64,000 bases of DNA from the IMG/VR virus record IMGVR_UViG_3300025530_000275, positions 62,101-126,100 of that record. One strand, given 5' to 3'. Of the stretch, positions 29,887-39,217 are shown one piece after another. This DNA comes from a virus. The translations under genes and the position numbers were made by a program. How positions within the stretch are numbered: the first letter of the stretch is position 1; each line of letters starts with the position of its first letter. The notes beneath the pieces were generated by a model. The model did no database searches, was not told where the DNA came from, and was given only the letters and a program-made list of their open reading frames with translations.

Positions 29887-30651
29887 CTACCAACCTTTCG
29901 ATCTCGAAAATCCAGGGTTTTGTAATTTTAATTTGTCTATTCCCGTATTAGAGCCATCGTTATCTAGTCTAATTTCAGGCTCTTTGTAATCATCAAAGTC
30001 TTCAAGTAGAGATTTTGAAAACTCGTATTCAAATTTTCCTATTTCTGAAGATTGAAGATAAGTTATAGCCATAAGACCTGCCATATGAAAATCAAATTTC
30101 TTTATGAACTTTAACATTGTTTTAAACCTATCTTCTTTTATATCAATAAAAGTCTTATTCTTATAGTCTAAACATAGCTGAATCATTATTTCTGGTTCGC
30201 TATATTCTTCGTTCATTACCAGAATCGGGTTTATGATTATAAATTTATCTTTATAAAATTCAATTATGTCAGTAGAGATATAATTACTATTTATTTTGTA
30301 AGTATCTCCGATTTTTATTATCAAATCGTCCTTTTTTAGAACTTTATTTATCTTCTTAAGATATTTACAGAAAAAATCCCTATTAGTTATATTCAGTATC
30401 AATGAATCTGAGTATATCTCATCCTTAAACTGAATTGATAGTATTGAGGAATGAGATAATCTTAATGTGGTTATTTTAGGAGTATCCTTGTATCTAGATT
30501 GATAGGTAAATTCTTTGTGATAATAGTCCCTATTTCCTAATTTGTTAGGCTGAGACAACTTTACCTTATGATACAAGATAACATTACTTGATAATTTCAT
30601 TATAGGAATAGATATTACATCAACAAGCTCTTTCTTAGTTATTCTAATCAT
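29887..30651 (-). CDS. hypothetical protein
   Basis: 254 aa ORF translationally coupled to the upstream gene. Confidence 0.7.
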   Translation of the reverse strand: MIRITKKELVDVISIPIMKLSSNVILYHKVKLSQPNKLGNRDYYHKEFTYQSRYKDTPKITTLRLSHSSILSIQFKDEIYSDSLILNITNRDFFCKYLKKINKVLKKDDLIIKIGDTYKINSNYISTDIIEFYKDKFIIINPILVMNEEYSEPEIMIQLCLDYKNKTFIDIKEDRFKTMLKFIKKFDFHMAGLMAITYLQSSEIGKFEYEFSKSLLEDFDDYKEPEIRLDNDGSNTGIDKLKLQNPGFSRSKGW

Positions 30652-30652
30652 C

Positions 30653-30907
30653 TTATACCATAAATACTTCCTTTACTTTTGTATCATCTACACCATCTAT
30701 CTCTTTTACATCAATTTGAAGCAGATTTTTCTTGTTTTGATATTGCGGAGTTTGGACCTCTGCATATATCGTGATTTTAGTGCCAATGTGAATCTTTATG
30801 ATGTCGCCTTTCTCCAAATTCGTTCCAGATGAAACTCTTGTTACCAACGTTATATTCGGAAGCTTAATGTACAACTTTTTTCGATTACTCTCTTTCATTT
30901 TCTTCAT
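30653..30907 (-). CDS. hypothetical protein
   Basis: 84 aa; GGGAGG RBS; early motif at 30937. Confidence 0.7.
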   Translation of the reverse strand: MKKMKESNRKKLYIKLPNITLVTRVSSGTNLEKGDIIKIHIGTKITIYAEVQTPQYQNKKNLLQIDVKEIDGVDDTKVKEVFMV

Positions 30908-30962
30908 TAAAATTCCTCCCCATACATTCCTAAATTAATAATATATATTTGTGCCAAAAAGC

Positions 30963-32549
30963 CTAGTCTACTAGCACGGTGATAAGCTTGTTCCCTTTTG
31001 CTTTCTGGACAAGATATTTACTCCGCCTATTATATTGAGCAGCAGCCTCATTGAAGTCAATATTAACTATTTCTATATAGTAAACATTCTGACCGGGTAT
31101 TTCCCTACAACGTCCCGGTAATTGATTTGCATAAACTGGATTGCTATAGGGAATAAGGTTTATCATAACTTGTAAATCTGGAACATTTGCTCCGGTTCCA
31201 ATCCCTTTTTCAGTAGCGAGAATAATGTCCTTAGTTAGTTCAAGTTCGCGTTCCTTGATATTTTTAATTTCACTTGAATATAATCCTATACTATATTCAG
31301 GGAAATTTACTTCAAGGAATTTCTTTATGGTTTTAAGAAAGTCTATAGTTGCCCCAAGAATGAGCATTTTTCCTCTAAACTTCTCAGTTTTATTTAAACG
31401 GATAAATCCTTTTTCATTTCTTATATACTCACCATGAGAAACTTTTTCATGTTGTACATAGTTTGATTTTTCCCTACTTCTTATAAATATATCTCTTATA
31501 GCTCTATTTAAAGCTGTAAAAAATTGATATCTGGCCCCTTCCTTTGAGACCAAATAGTCAGAATATTTCACAGCAGATAGTCCTTCTTTTACTTTACACG
31601 AGGCTCTTTGCTTCATAGTGGGTTTATGTTTAAATTGATAGATTAGCATTATAATATAATTCTCTTCAGGCTTAACAAGTTCTTTCCCATATATTGGAAC
31701 TCCATAAAATATTTTCTTAAAGATTTCATTTTCAAATCTATCGCCCCTGTAAGCAGAGGCGGTCAAATAAATATTTTTCTTAATATTTGTATAGCAATCT
31801 ATAAGAACATTTGTTCTTAGATCCATATGTGCCTCATCAATTATTTTAACTCCTGCCCTAGTCTTTTCAATCATCTCTTGAAACTTAGGCCATCCATAAG
31901 TGTTCGCATATGATAGAACAGTTCCTTTAGTAATTATGAAAATCTCTTTATTCTCATATTTTCCTTTCCTAATATCTTCACACATATCAGAACCTCTAAC
32001 TACCAGAATATTATCATCCCTCTTATTTGTGAATGCAGTAAAAGCTTCGTACCATTGATCAATCAGCTTGCTTAATTTTGAGGGAATGAATATAATAGCT
32101 TTGGTTCTAAAATATGATAGTGATGCAACTGCACAATATGTTTTTCCTTTACCCGTATTGAGATCACAAAATACTTGAGAGAATTTATCAGTATAAGAAT
32201 GCTTTCCAAGACCACATAAAAATGAAATCATTTCAACTTGTAAAGTCTCTCTAGGTTGCTGATATAGTCTAATATCTATCTTATCATATTCTTGAGGTTT
32301 GAAATTAGTTGTTATTTTCCTTTGAAAGTCAAAATAACGGAGAATATCCTTATATGGATATCCTCTTGGTATTCTTAATTCATCTTTATCTTCATCATAA
32401 TAATAACCTATAGGAATATACTTATAAATTCTTTTATCAAAAACACTAAGTCGTTTTTCTAAAGTAGTTAAATCTTCATTCCCTTTTTTAAAATTGGGAA
32501 TTATATAGTGAGAAAAATTTGCAATTATATTATCATTCATCGCAATCAT
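30963..32549 (-). CDS. superfamily 2 DEAH helicase (UvsW-like)
   Basis: TGKGKT, IIDEAH, TAS, GTGANVP, QLPGRCR motifs. Confidence 0.9.
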   Translation of the reverse strand: MIAMNDNIIANFSHYIIPNFKKGNEDLTTLEKRLSVFDKRIYKYIPIGYYYDEDKDELRIPRGYPYKDILRYFDFQRKITTNFKPQEYDKIDIRLYQQPRETLQVEMISFLCGLGKHSYTDKFSQVFCDLNTGKGKTYCAVASLSYFRTKAIIFIPSKLSKLIDQWYEAFTAFTNKRDDNILVVRGSDMCEDIRKGKYENKEIFIITKGTVLSYANTYGWPKFQEMIEKTRAGVKIIDEAHMDLRTNVLIDCYTNIKKNIYLTASAYRGDRFENEIFKKIFYGVPIYGKELVKPEENYIIMLIYQFKHKPTMKQRASCKVKEGLSAVKYSDYLVSKEGARYQFFTALNRAIRDIFIRSREKSNYVQHEKVSHGEYIRNEKGFIRLNKTEKFRGKMLILGATIDFLKTIKKFLEVNFPEYSIGLYSSEIKNIKERELELTKDIILATEKGIGTGANVPDLQVMINLIPYSNPVYANQLPGRCREIPGQNVYYIEIVNIDFNEAAAQYNRRSKYLVQKAKGNKLITVLVD

Positions 32550-32671
32550 CCTTTATAGCTTATGCTATAAAATAAAATTTTATCATAATTTTGTTGTGTA
32601 AAATTTAAAAAAGAAACGCCATTAATATGGCGTTTCTTGTATTTTTTATATAATTATTCAGAAATTTACCA

Positions 32672-33889
32672 CTATGCTTTTCGATTCAGTGCATATCTTC
32701 TACCAAAATTGTTACAAGATCCTGTACACCACATGGTTTTAAGTTGTACCTTGGATAAATTATCCAAGTCAATTTTTGGAAAATCTTGATGAATTTTATG
32801 CTCGGGGTTGGATAATTCCAAACTTCTTTTATATTTGATGAAAGTTTCTTTAGTTTGTCTCATAATTTCATTTTGTGCCTGACAGCAAAGTCTTTCATAA
32901 CATTTAAGGATAAAATGTTCATAAAGCCCTCTCTCATTTACGAGAACTTCTGTTGCTTGAGGATATGAGTCTTCTGGGAGAGAAATGAGATCCTCAAGCC
33001 ACTCATCTTGATAAGAGGTATTCTTAATCAGATTCGGAACGTATAAGCGAGTTGTACTGTTTTTAGCATCTAAATTATCCATAAACGCCATATAATGCAG
33101 TGTCCTATGGCGCTGAGCTTGTGCCAATTGAGCAAATGATGCCCAATAGTAGGTGCTGTATACATCATCAAAATAATCAGTCGGATTTTCAGGGGCTTTC
33201 CTAAGATTAAACAAAGAAAGCTTTACATTTTTATTTTTTCTATTCATTCCTTCAACTTCAAAAGGCTTCAGTGTTTCAAAAAACTTAATAATCTGTTTAT
33301 TTAGCTTTGTAAAAAATGGATGACCTGGATATTGTTCTTGATTTTCACGAATGAACTTTACAAGCATTTCAATCAGATAATTAATTTGGCAAAGATTTGT
33401 TGTATATACCATGGTGGTGGGTGTAAATACGCTGATTACGTATCTAGCATTTTCCATTGCAAGTTTTTTAATATGATTATCTTTAAGTAGAGGATATTCC
33501 TTTTTGATCAATTCCTCGAAGATAGAACACCATTTTTCGTAAAGTGTTCGCTCACCTTCAGAAATTTTTTTCATTTTTGTATATCTTGCAGATTTCTCAG
33601 AAGTAGTATATGGTTTTTCATTATTAATAAGCATTGCTACAATTTTTGGAATATCCCTGAATACCAGAGTATAATGAACGTGCTGATATACCGAATGATG
33701 ACCGCTGTTCAAAGTGAGATCAATTCTTCTTTGAGTTTTCTCAATATCTTCATTTAAAATAGATTCAATGTCATCCTTCATATAACAAACACCTGCGGCA
33801 TAGGATGACAATTTTAATGCTTCGTCAATGGGTATTGTATATCCAGTTTTTGTCGAACCCAACACAATTGTTTGCAAAATAAAACACAT
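32672..33889 (-). CDS. thyX: FAD-dependent thymidylate synthase (ThyX-like, long two-domain form)
   Basis: GHHSVYQH, EKSARYT, ENARYV, QAQRHRT, RLCCQAQNEI motifs. Confidence 0.8.
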   Translation of the reverse strand: MCFILQTIVLGSTKTGYTIPIDEALKLSSYAAGVCYMKDDIESILNEDIEKTQRRIDLTLNSGHHSVYQHVHYTLVFRDIPKIVAMLINNEKPYTTSEKSARYTKMKKISEGERTLYEKWCSIFEELIKKEYPLLKDNHIKKLAMENARYVISVFTPTTMVYTTNLCQINYLIEMLVKFIRENQEQYPGHPFFTKLNKQIIKFFETLKPFEVEGMNRKNKNVKLSLFNLRKAPENPTDYFDDVYSTYYWASFAQLAQAQRHRTLHYMAFMDNLDAKNSTTRLYVPNLIKNTSYQDEWLEDLISLPEDSYPQATEVLVNERGLYEHFILKCYERLCCQAQNEIMRQTKETFIKYKRSLELSNPEHKIHQDFPKIDLDNLSKVQLKTMWCTGSCNNFGRRYALNRKA

Positions 33890-33985
33890 CCTTTTCTTAT
33901 TATTTTTTATAAAAAGTCGTTGATAAGTTTATTTTTAAAAAAAATACAAAAAAGAAAATAAGCGGCATAGGCTAAACTATGCCGC

Positions 33986-34657
33986 TTATTTTGAAGGAAT
34001 TTGCTTATTTGTATCACCTAAATGGTATAGGAAATATTTATCGAAATATATTGAAAATAGAACCCGTACAACGGTCTTTCTATAACGATTTTCCATTTCA
34101 AAATCCCCATTAGGAGATACAATGACTATTTTATCTCTATACATATTTATTATAGTATAGTAATTGACATCCAAATCTTGTTCATAGTCCAAAAGGAATA
34201 TTTTATCCATATCAATATATGGAATATCGAGTATTGTTTCATAAAAGATCCTATTATTTACTGCGTAAAAGTAAAAGCTATTCAAATCGGTAGTATTAAA
34301 CAATAATTGTAATATGAATGAATGAAGAACACGGAGTTCGTATAGTTTTGAAGTTACCTCCACGAAATTAATTGCTGCTTTGTTAGTATATAATACTCTG
34401 TCATACTGAATGATACATTCCTGTAAATTGTCTTTAATTCCAAAGTATTTATCAATAGCATCATTATAATATTTTTCTTCAAATAGAGTTTTTAATTGCT
34501 CATAGTCTATAATTTCATTGGTGAGAGGTATTTCTTTATACCTAGTAGGCCTCCTATTAGTCAGACTATTGACCTGACTACTTAATGATTCAATAGAGGC
34601 TTTGATTTCATCAACCTTTCGATCTAAGTCGAAAAGTTTTCTAATCTTTTTAAACAT
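33986..34657 (-). CDS. hypothetical protein
   Basis: 223 aa ORF. Confidence 0.7.
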   Translation of the reverse strand: MFKKIRKLFDLDRKVDEIKASIESLSSQVNSLTNRRPTRYKEIPLTNEIIDYEQLKTLFEEKYYNDAIDKYFGIKDNLQECIIQYDRVLYTNKAAINFVEVTSKLYELRVLHSFILQLLFNTTDLNSFYFYAVNNRIFYETILDIPYIDMDKIFLLDYEQDLDVNYYTIINMYRDKIVIVSPNGDFEMENRYRKTVVRVLFSIYFDKYFLYHLGDTNKQIPSK

Positions 34658-34736
34658 TTTACATCCCTTTCATTATTTATTAAAAAGCGGCAACCTCTAC
34701 AAACCTGGTTTAAAGTATAAGTTTTCATTCTCATCG

Positions 34737-34948
34737 TTATACACCTCTTTCTAATTTTGAAATTGGAACCATAAAAGCCCCACATGTTATACCTTTGACT
34801 TTCACCATTAGTGATGCAGTTTTATGTGAAATATGACCAAGAAATACAACTTCAGTTCCTTTCTTATATGATTTTCCTGATGAATTTATAAAATTATTTA
34901 TTAATATAAATGTATCCCCGGTTTAACTTTTCTTATATCAATCTCCAT
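34737..34948 (-). pseudogene. frameshifted small gene (~70 aa if one G is restored)
   Basis: AGGTG RBS, MEIDIRKVKPG; after a one-base shift in the GGGG run (~34916-34919) the frame continues DTFILINNFINSSGKSYKKGTEVV...LERGV*. Confidence 0.5.
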
Positions 34949-35023
34949 TCTATATCACCTTTAAAAAATGAAAATTGGAATGGTGTGAGGAGATTTTATC
35001 CTCCTCACACCACTTTCTCTCTG

Positions 35024-36319
35024 TCATTGTTCGTTGATAAACATAATACTGTAGATCGAAGATCCGCGCTTCTTATATGTCTCAGGCATCTTGAGTTGTC
35101 TCTTAACTTTCTCAAACATTAACCCCAGGGTTACGGAGTTGGACATAATAATCGAATCGTTAAGAGACATTAACTGATACATATCCGGAGTTTGTTTGAT
35201 TTCCCAGTCGGGAATCTCCAAGGGATTATCAGCTTTTCTAATAAGATTTCTCAAAAGCATTTCGATATGGACGGATGGAATAGCCATTCCTCCATATCTA
35301 TATAATTTATTCAATTTTGCACTAAATTCATGATAATCGGAAACCCCTTTAAGTTGCTTCTTTCCTTTTTGAATAAACCCAGCTAGTTCTTTAAGAGGTT
35401 TCGCCAATTCAGCATTAGAAATTCTTAAGAACGCAAATGGCTCATCAATATTGAACTCACTGAGAGGGATTTCAATAGTTTCGTTCCCGTCCATGATAAA
35501 GAATTTCCTATCTCTCAGCGCATTAAATACCTGTCTTCCAAGATACAGCTGAGTATTTTGTTCCTCATATACTTCGAATAATTCTCCAGTTTTAACATTT
35601 TTAAAGATCAACTTATTGACATAATAGTTATCAGCCTGATCATAGTTTTCAGGGTTTTCCATGTACACATCAGACGTGTTGAACACAATTCGATATTTCG
35701 TCAGATCGATATCTCCATTAAGGCTGAACAGCCAACCATTTTGATTAATCAGAAACATTTTATCATCAATCAGATTAATGGATGCACTTGTTGTTGCAAG
35801 AGCATGTCTTGCAGACAATTGTCTCTGAGTTTTACTCTCATTAGAGTCGATTGCCGCAAACAGCCCTGCGTGCATACCGTAGTTTACATTATACAGAAGT
35901 CCATAACATGTCTTACATATTTTATTTTCTTTATTTGCACAAGTAATCGGAGAACGAATCTCGATTGTTTTTCCAATGAGGTGCTGATCTTTACTTGTGA
36001 TAACCCTATATCGTTTCTTATCAACTTTGTAGAATCTTCCCTCGAATAACTGGAGATCAAGGTTAGATTCTATCTTTACTCTAAGAAAGTTTTTAGTATT
36101 ACAAGAGTACGTAGGGTCTTCATTCAAAGTAATGTTAGACGTTACGAAGCTCTGGTGTCTACCATAGTAACCAGAGTCGCTGACAGCCAATTGCATTATA
36201 GCAGCTTTCCGTGCACCTTGAGCGTCTATATAAAGAGATTTGACATCTTTAAGACCATAAGTTAAAAAGTTGCTATTAGTAGTAAGTGGAATCGTCGATC
36301 CAGACAAGTCTGGTTTAAA
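35024..36319 (-). CDS. rpoC: RNA polymerase beta' C-terminal subunit, exon 2
   Basis: FKPDLSG, bridge helix VSDSGY, RSPITC..ICKTCYG Zn site, trigger loop QRQLSARH, VHIEMLLR. Confidence 0.9.
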   Translation of the reverse strand, partial: FKPDLSGSTIPLTTNSNFLTYGLKDVKSLYIDAQGARKAAIMQLAVSDSGYYGRHQSFVTSNITLNEDPTYSCNTKNFLRVKIESNLDLQLFEGRFYKVDKKRYRVITSKDQHLIGKTIEIRSPITCANKENKICKTCYGLLYNVNYGMHAGLFAAIDSNESKTQRQLSARHALATTSASINLIDDKMFLINQNGWLFSLNGDIDLTKYRIVFNTSDVYMENPENYDQADNYYVNKLIFKNVKTGELFEVYEEQNTQLYLGRQVFNALRDRKFFIMDGNETIEIPLSEFNIDEPFAFLRISNAELAKPLKELAGFIQKGKKQLKGVSDYHEFSAKLNKLYRYGGMAIPSVHIEMLLRNLIRKADNPLEIPDWEIKQTPDMYQLMSLNDSIIMSNSVTLGLMFEKVKRQLKMPETYKKRGSSIYSIMFINEQ

Positions 36320-36941
36320 CCTTATCTTCACACGGAACGCTACTCCGTGCAGTTCTCAGAGGATATATTCCTCATGAACTTCTCCGGCTTTCCCGGATGA
36401 GGGGACTATATAATTACCCATAGGAATATAAAATATTCCCTTAGGGTTCTGCCGTTTCCATTTAAGGGGTTCTCACCCACCGCCAAAAGCTTGCGGCCGT
36501 ACTCCTGTTGCCGAATTTCACGGCTAGTATCTACCATAAAGGTAGACCTATGGATAGTCTCTGGGGTTATTTAAAGCCGTTCAGAAATATTGGTCAGATA
36601 TTTTTGATATTATATATCTTTTGCTAGTTTTAAAGTCATGATTTTTGTCATATACAAGAGGTTTCCATTCTTCTTTCTTTATACTTACTATCAATTTGAT
36701 TATATTAAGCACCTCTCTTTAGATTTTATTATAAATTTAATTTTAACGGCTTTAAATAACCTGCTGATTCCGCATTGTACAAACCCTTAGGCTTACTATC
36801 GCCATAGGCCATCCTCTAACTTGTTTCTGCTTTCGCTCCATATACGTTGACCAGACGTATAGGCATAGAGGCTTTAGTCGGTCCCAGCATTTAGGCAGAT
36901 TATTCGACTGACCGTTTCCAGCCAGAAGGGGCTATCCTTTA
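36320..36941 (-). ncRNA. group I self-splicing intron (622 nt)
   Basis: P1 GGGU|UA...UAGCCC with U.G at the splice site; P AAUGCUGGGA, Q AAUCAGCAGG, R CCAGAGACUA, S UUAUAGUCC; terminal G; splicing gives in-frame HLG/FKPD. Confidence 0.93.
36581..36712 (-). pseudogene. relic of NUMOD4-type homing endonuclease inside the intron
   Basis: 43-codon ORF ...KKEEWKPLVYDKNHDFKTSKRYIIS... in the P6 loop, closed by GTTATTTAAAGCCGTT/AACGGCTTTAAATAAC. Confidence 0.55.
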
Positions 36942-37745
36942 ACCCAAATGGATGAATACTTCCTGAACTTGTCTTTTATTAACACCTACACCTGCTCTAA
37001 TAAATGGCTTTAACGGATTATTCTTATCAGATTCATTCATAAGAATCTGGAAGAATCTATCCGTTTGCTTAATCAGAAATTTTTCTGCCTCACTTACTTG
37101 GAAATTTTTCAAGTCAATTTCAGTATTCATAATGGCTTCAATCTCTCTATTTCTTTTAGCCATTTTAACCATATCATAGATAGAAATAGAGCTTCCAAAC
37201 AGTGGACCAAGCTCTACTGCAATTCTATTGAAGTATACCTGAATATCAAACAAAATTTCGGAAAATTCAGGTACTGTAAATCGATCTCTATATTTATCTG
37301 CAAATTTATTAAAGTATTCCTCGTATTTCTTATTATGGAATACTTCTGCATTAAAGATGTCATCCTTAGTTACCGGAATTCCTGAAACAATAAACGGTCT
37401 CCACATGATGATATTGTAGAGGAACCGAATAAAATTCATTTCATGAAAATCTCCGTAAGAATCGAATTTGAATGCAATGGTCAGTTTGGACAATTCATCT
37501 TTTGATTCAGATAGAAGACGTTTTGTTCCTCTAATTAATGCCTCGACATAAGAGTCATATGCATCAATATTTTCAAATTCATTAATGATCGGATACAGTT
37601 TATTCAATTCACCGTACTGGTTATACATTCCCTGCTCTTTCAATTGTTCCTCAATCTTTGTCAGATTATGGACCCAATTCTCAAACGGTTTAATAGAATC
37701 TTTAAATTTTCTCTTAATCTTATGATGTTTAAGTTTTTTACTCAT
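36942..37745 (-). CDS. rpoC: RNA polymerase beta' C-terminal subunit, exon 1 (non-virion type)
   Basis: Joined to exon 2 by intron removal; early motif at 37800; start MSKKLK at 37745 after AAGGGAG. Confidence 0.85.
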
Positions 37746-37868
37746 ACATGTCTCCCTTCCTTTTCTTCCTTTTAAGAGTATGGTTATATTGCTCATTACA
37801 ATAATATATATTTCAAAGAAAACTGATGATGACTGATTCAGTCATCATCGAGTTATAAATGACGATCG

Positions 37869-38390
37869 TCATACAAGTTTCATCTGACTTCTCTTGGCGG
37901 CTAATGCACTCGCGTCCGGAACTTGTTTGAACTGGCGTTTCATGACAATAGTTCTCGCCTCATTGTATCGGGAATCATTATGGATCTCCGCAGTGAGACG
38001 CTTGATAATACGACGGAGAGCAGCAATCTTATAATAGCGAGGATCGCCAGCTTTTTTCGCCATCTGCATCCGCAGAAGACGCTCTGCTTTACTCCGTTGG
38101 GATTGACGGGAAAGTACAACGAACGATTGTCCCATTGCATTTTCAGACAGAAGTCCATCACGAATCAAAGTATGCGCATTTTCCGTCAAGAACTCTTGGG
38201 CGATTTCAAATGCATATGTTTGAGCAGCTTCGTAAATCGCCGCAACAGTGGCTTCAGAAATCATATCTTCAGTGATGACATCTTCGCCAATGGGCTCGTC
38301 TTGCTGATCCTGTTCGAGTTCGTCGTTCTCTTGAACTGCCGCCGTACCTTCCAGTAAGGTCCTGAGTCGTTCTTTAAGAGTATCACTCAT
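37869..38390 (-). CDS. putative processed virion head protein
   Basis: Start MSDTLKERL after AGGAGG; acidic N-half with repeated xxE sites, basic C-half; elevated-GC codons. Confidence 0.6.
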   Translation of the reverse strand: MSDTLKERLRTLLEGTAAVQENDELEQDQQDEPIGEDVITEDMISEATVAAIYEAAQTYAFEIAQEFLTENAHTLIRDGLLSENAMGQSFVVLSRQSQRSKAERLLRMQMAKKAGDPRYYKIAALRRIIKRLTAEIHNDSRYNEARTIVMKRQFKQVPDASALAAKRSQMKLV

Positions 38391-38505
38391 CTTTATTTCC
38401 TCCTTAATAGTAGCTATTATTTCTTTAATATTCTGTTTACTTATAATTTTAATGTACAAAACGGAAAACCTTTAATGGATAAAGAAATATAAGAGGTGAA
38501 TAATA

Positions 38506-39195
38506 ATGGATGTAACATCTTTTTATAAATCTTTCATGAAAGTATCTGATACATTAAACAAATTTAAAGCAGATAAGTTTAATTTCTCCAAAGGTGTATT
38601 TTCGACGTATGATGATGGAATTATGACAGTGATCACATTTAATGAAAAAATTGAAAGGGAGATTATTGAATTATTTCCCTTTAAGTTTGATATTTATCCG
38701 ACTGTATTTAAATTTACGGAAAAGCATCTTCGAATCCAAAAGATTAATTTTTTGGATAACGAAATAGAATTTTTATATAAATGCGAAAATAATAAAGCAA
38801 TGTATGAAGATAAGAATTTTAGTAAAGTTATGGATCATATTAGTAAAGAAGGAAATCTGTATCGCATAAAAATAGATATTGGTGAAACTGAATTGTATAA
38901 GAAAATAATTTCAATTTTAAACTCTTTAAAGGAAATGAATTTTGATGAAAGTAAAGAGTTTAATATAGATATTTATAAAGAAATAAATAGTTCTGAAATC
39001 CCAATTGTTATTGATGATGATAGATTTTATGTGCGATTATCTAAATCTACATTCCAGAATGTTGCTAAAGGTGATGTTGCATCTGTAAAATGTATTCCAT
39101 ATAAAGATGAAAAATCCTTAGTATTTTTGACTGTGACGACAGTCAATAAATCAGATTACCAGATACTCAATATTTTCAATGCACTATACTTGTGA
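38506..39195 (+). CDS. hypothetical protein
   Basis: 229 aa, GAGGTG RBS. Confidence 0.7.
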   Translation: MDVTSFYKSFMKVSDTLNKFKADKFNFSKGVFSTYDDGIMTVITFNEKIEREIIELFPFKFDIYPTVFKFTEKHLRIQKINFLDNEIEFLYKCENNKAMYEDKNFSKVMDHISKEGNLYRIKIDIGETELYKKIISILNSLKEMNFDESKEFNIDIYKEINSSEIPIVIDDDRFYVRLSKSTFQNVAKGDVASVKCIPYKDEKSLVFLTVTTVNKSDYQILNIFNALYL

Positions 39196-39217
39196 GTAAA
39201 GAAGGAGTTGATTAAAA

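Noticed and set aside
35024-36331. Track start MKIR for an independent beta' gene
   Set aside because: The first codons lie in the intron 3' end; the true frame enters at 36319 after splicing
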